Origin: Octopus bimaculoides
Lineage: Eukaryota
NCBI RefSeq assembly: GCF_001194135.2
Contig: NC_068985.1
Span: 104,689,533 to 104,753,532 of the forward strand
Reading direction: 5' to 3'
DNA length: 64,000 bases
Every line of letters begins with the position of its first letter. Positions within the stretch are counted from its first letter, which is position 1. The notes beneath the pieces are model-generated. The model did not search any database, had not been told where the DNA came from, and worked only from the letters and a program-made list of their open reading frames with translations. The position numbers and the translations under genes are program-made. This document shows, piece after piece, positions 62,881 to 64,000 of the stretch.

Positions 62881-64000
62881 AAACTCCATACTAATAATTA
62901 TTTTTATTTAAAATTAGCTAAGGTACTTTTTGTAATGTGCTGCTCAATTGCCTTAGATATTGCATTAAAAAACTCTTTTTTTTTTCCAAATATGCGTTGC
63001 TGCAAATAAGGTGTGTCCAATATCCTTTGTGTGTGTAATATACTCATGCATCTTCTATGCCATCAAATACTGTAGCTATTATAAAAATATTATTGTAAAC
63101 AATTAAAACTTTTGAACCAATAATTTTGAGTAGAATGCATGTAATTATTTCTTACGTAAGCTTTTATTGTTTATAATAAGATATTTGTTAAAGAAATACT
63201 CCTTCAACACGACTTCCTTCTACTTCCTTTTTATATTAACTGAAGACTTTTTTAACTAAACAGCCAACGTGTCAATTATTTATACTGCTAATATACTGTA
63301 TTTTTGCATAGATTACAGTGATAAACAGGCCTTAAAAAAGAATCTCGAGATTAAATTAAGAAAAATAAGGAAAAGGAGAAAGTTTCCTACAGATAATAAC
63401 AAATTTAAATTAGTGTTCAGTTGAAACTTAACGAATATAAACTTTCACTTTCACGGAACATTCTTTAATGATGCAGTTTAAAAAGCAGGCAGATAATCTA
63501 ATAACTTTTCTATTTTATGAACATTAAGTATGAAAATATTAATCTTATACTACCTAGAACAAATCCAGAATAAGAAGAAGGATATTGTTAACTTAAATAC
63601 TGGTGCAAAATTTAATCACTTCTTAAGAGTTGAAAGTCAACAAGAGGGGACAATGAACCCCAAACCAAGAAAGACTAAACTAATTATGATGAACAGGTTA
63701 AGTACAGCCTCCAAGTGTTTTGTTGGTAATGACACTACATGCAAAGAAAAGCTATCAACCCTAAAATAGTAAATTTTTTCCGATTCTAAAATATCAATGC
63801 AATGCAACCACACTGCATTTGATGAGCGCAACATATCTGTACGGTAATATCAACCCATATATATTTCTAATAAAAATTTCAATTTAAACATGTTTATTAT
63901 TGATTTGTAATGTACATACCTTTTTTTTTCCTTTTAAATATATCCATTACAGTCTTAGAATATTAACAAATAAAAAGATACTTAAATGCGTTTCAGCATG

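Overview
AT-rich, microsatellite-dense animal DNA with nine N-gaps. The SINE families and repeat style point to an octopus short-read assembly (inference). Three spliced genes can be rebuilt by hand with phase-consistent GT-AG junctions. (1) The 3' end of a KY/hillarin/LTD-1-like gene (+, exons 1326-8044) has repeated Ig-like modules, a long coiled-coil/acidic exon, a hydrophobic C-terminal tail and candidate alternative last exons. (2) A C2H2 zinc-finger gene (-) has a large exon at 14617-17634 and a probable first coding exon at 21147-21191. (3) An arfaptin gene (-) has its BAR/AH domain in four exons (33683-37588), an upstream exon at 50393-50491 and two candidate microexons (12 nt at 37773-37784, 9 nt at 56382-56390); its start exon was not found. 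The rest is tRNA-derived SINEs, RTE LINE fossils, mariner and pogo remnants, TTAA-flanked piggyBac-like MITEs and several long inverted repeats. Best leads: the UGC-flagged 9-nt microexon, the possible soluble versus tail-anchored switch in the KY-like gene, and foldback elements in introns and UTRs that could form dsRNA. All protein and repeat identities come from motif recognition only; no database search or RNA evidence was available.
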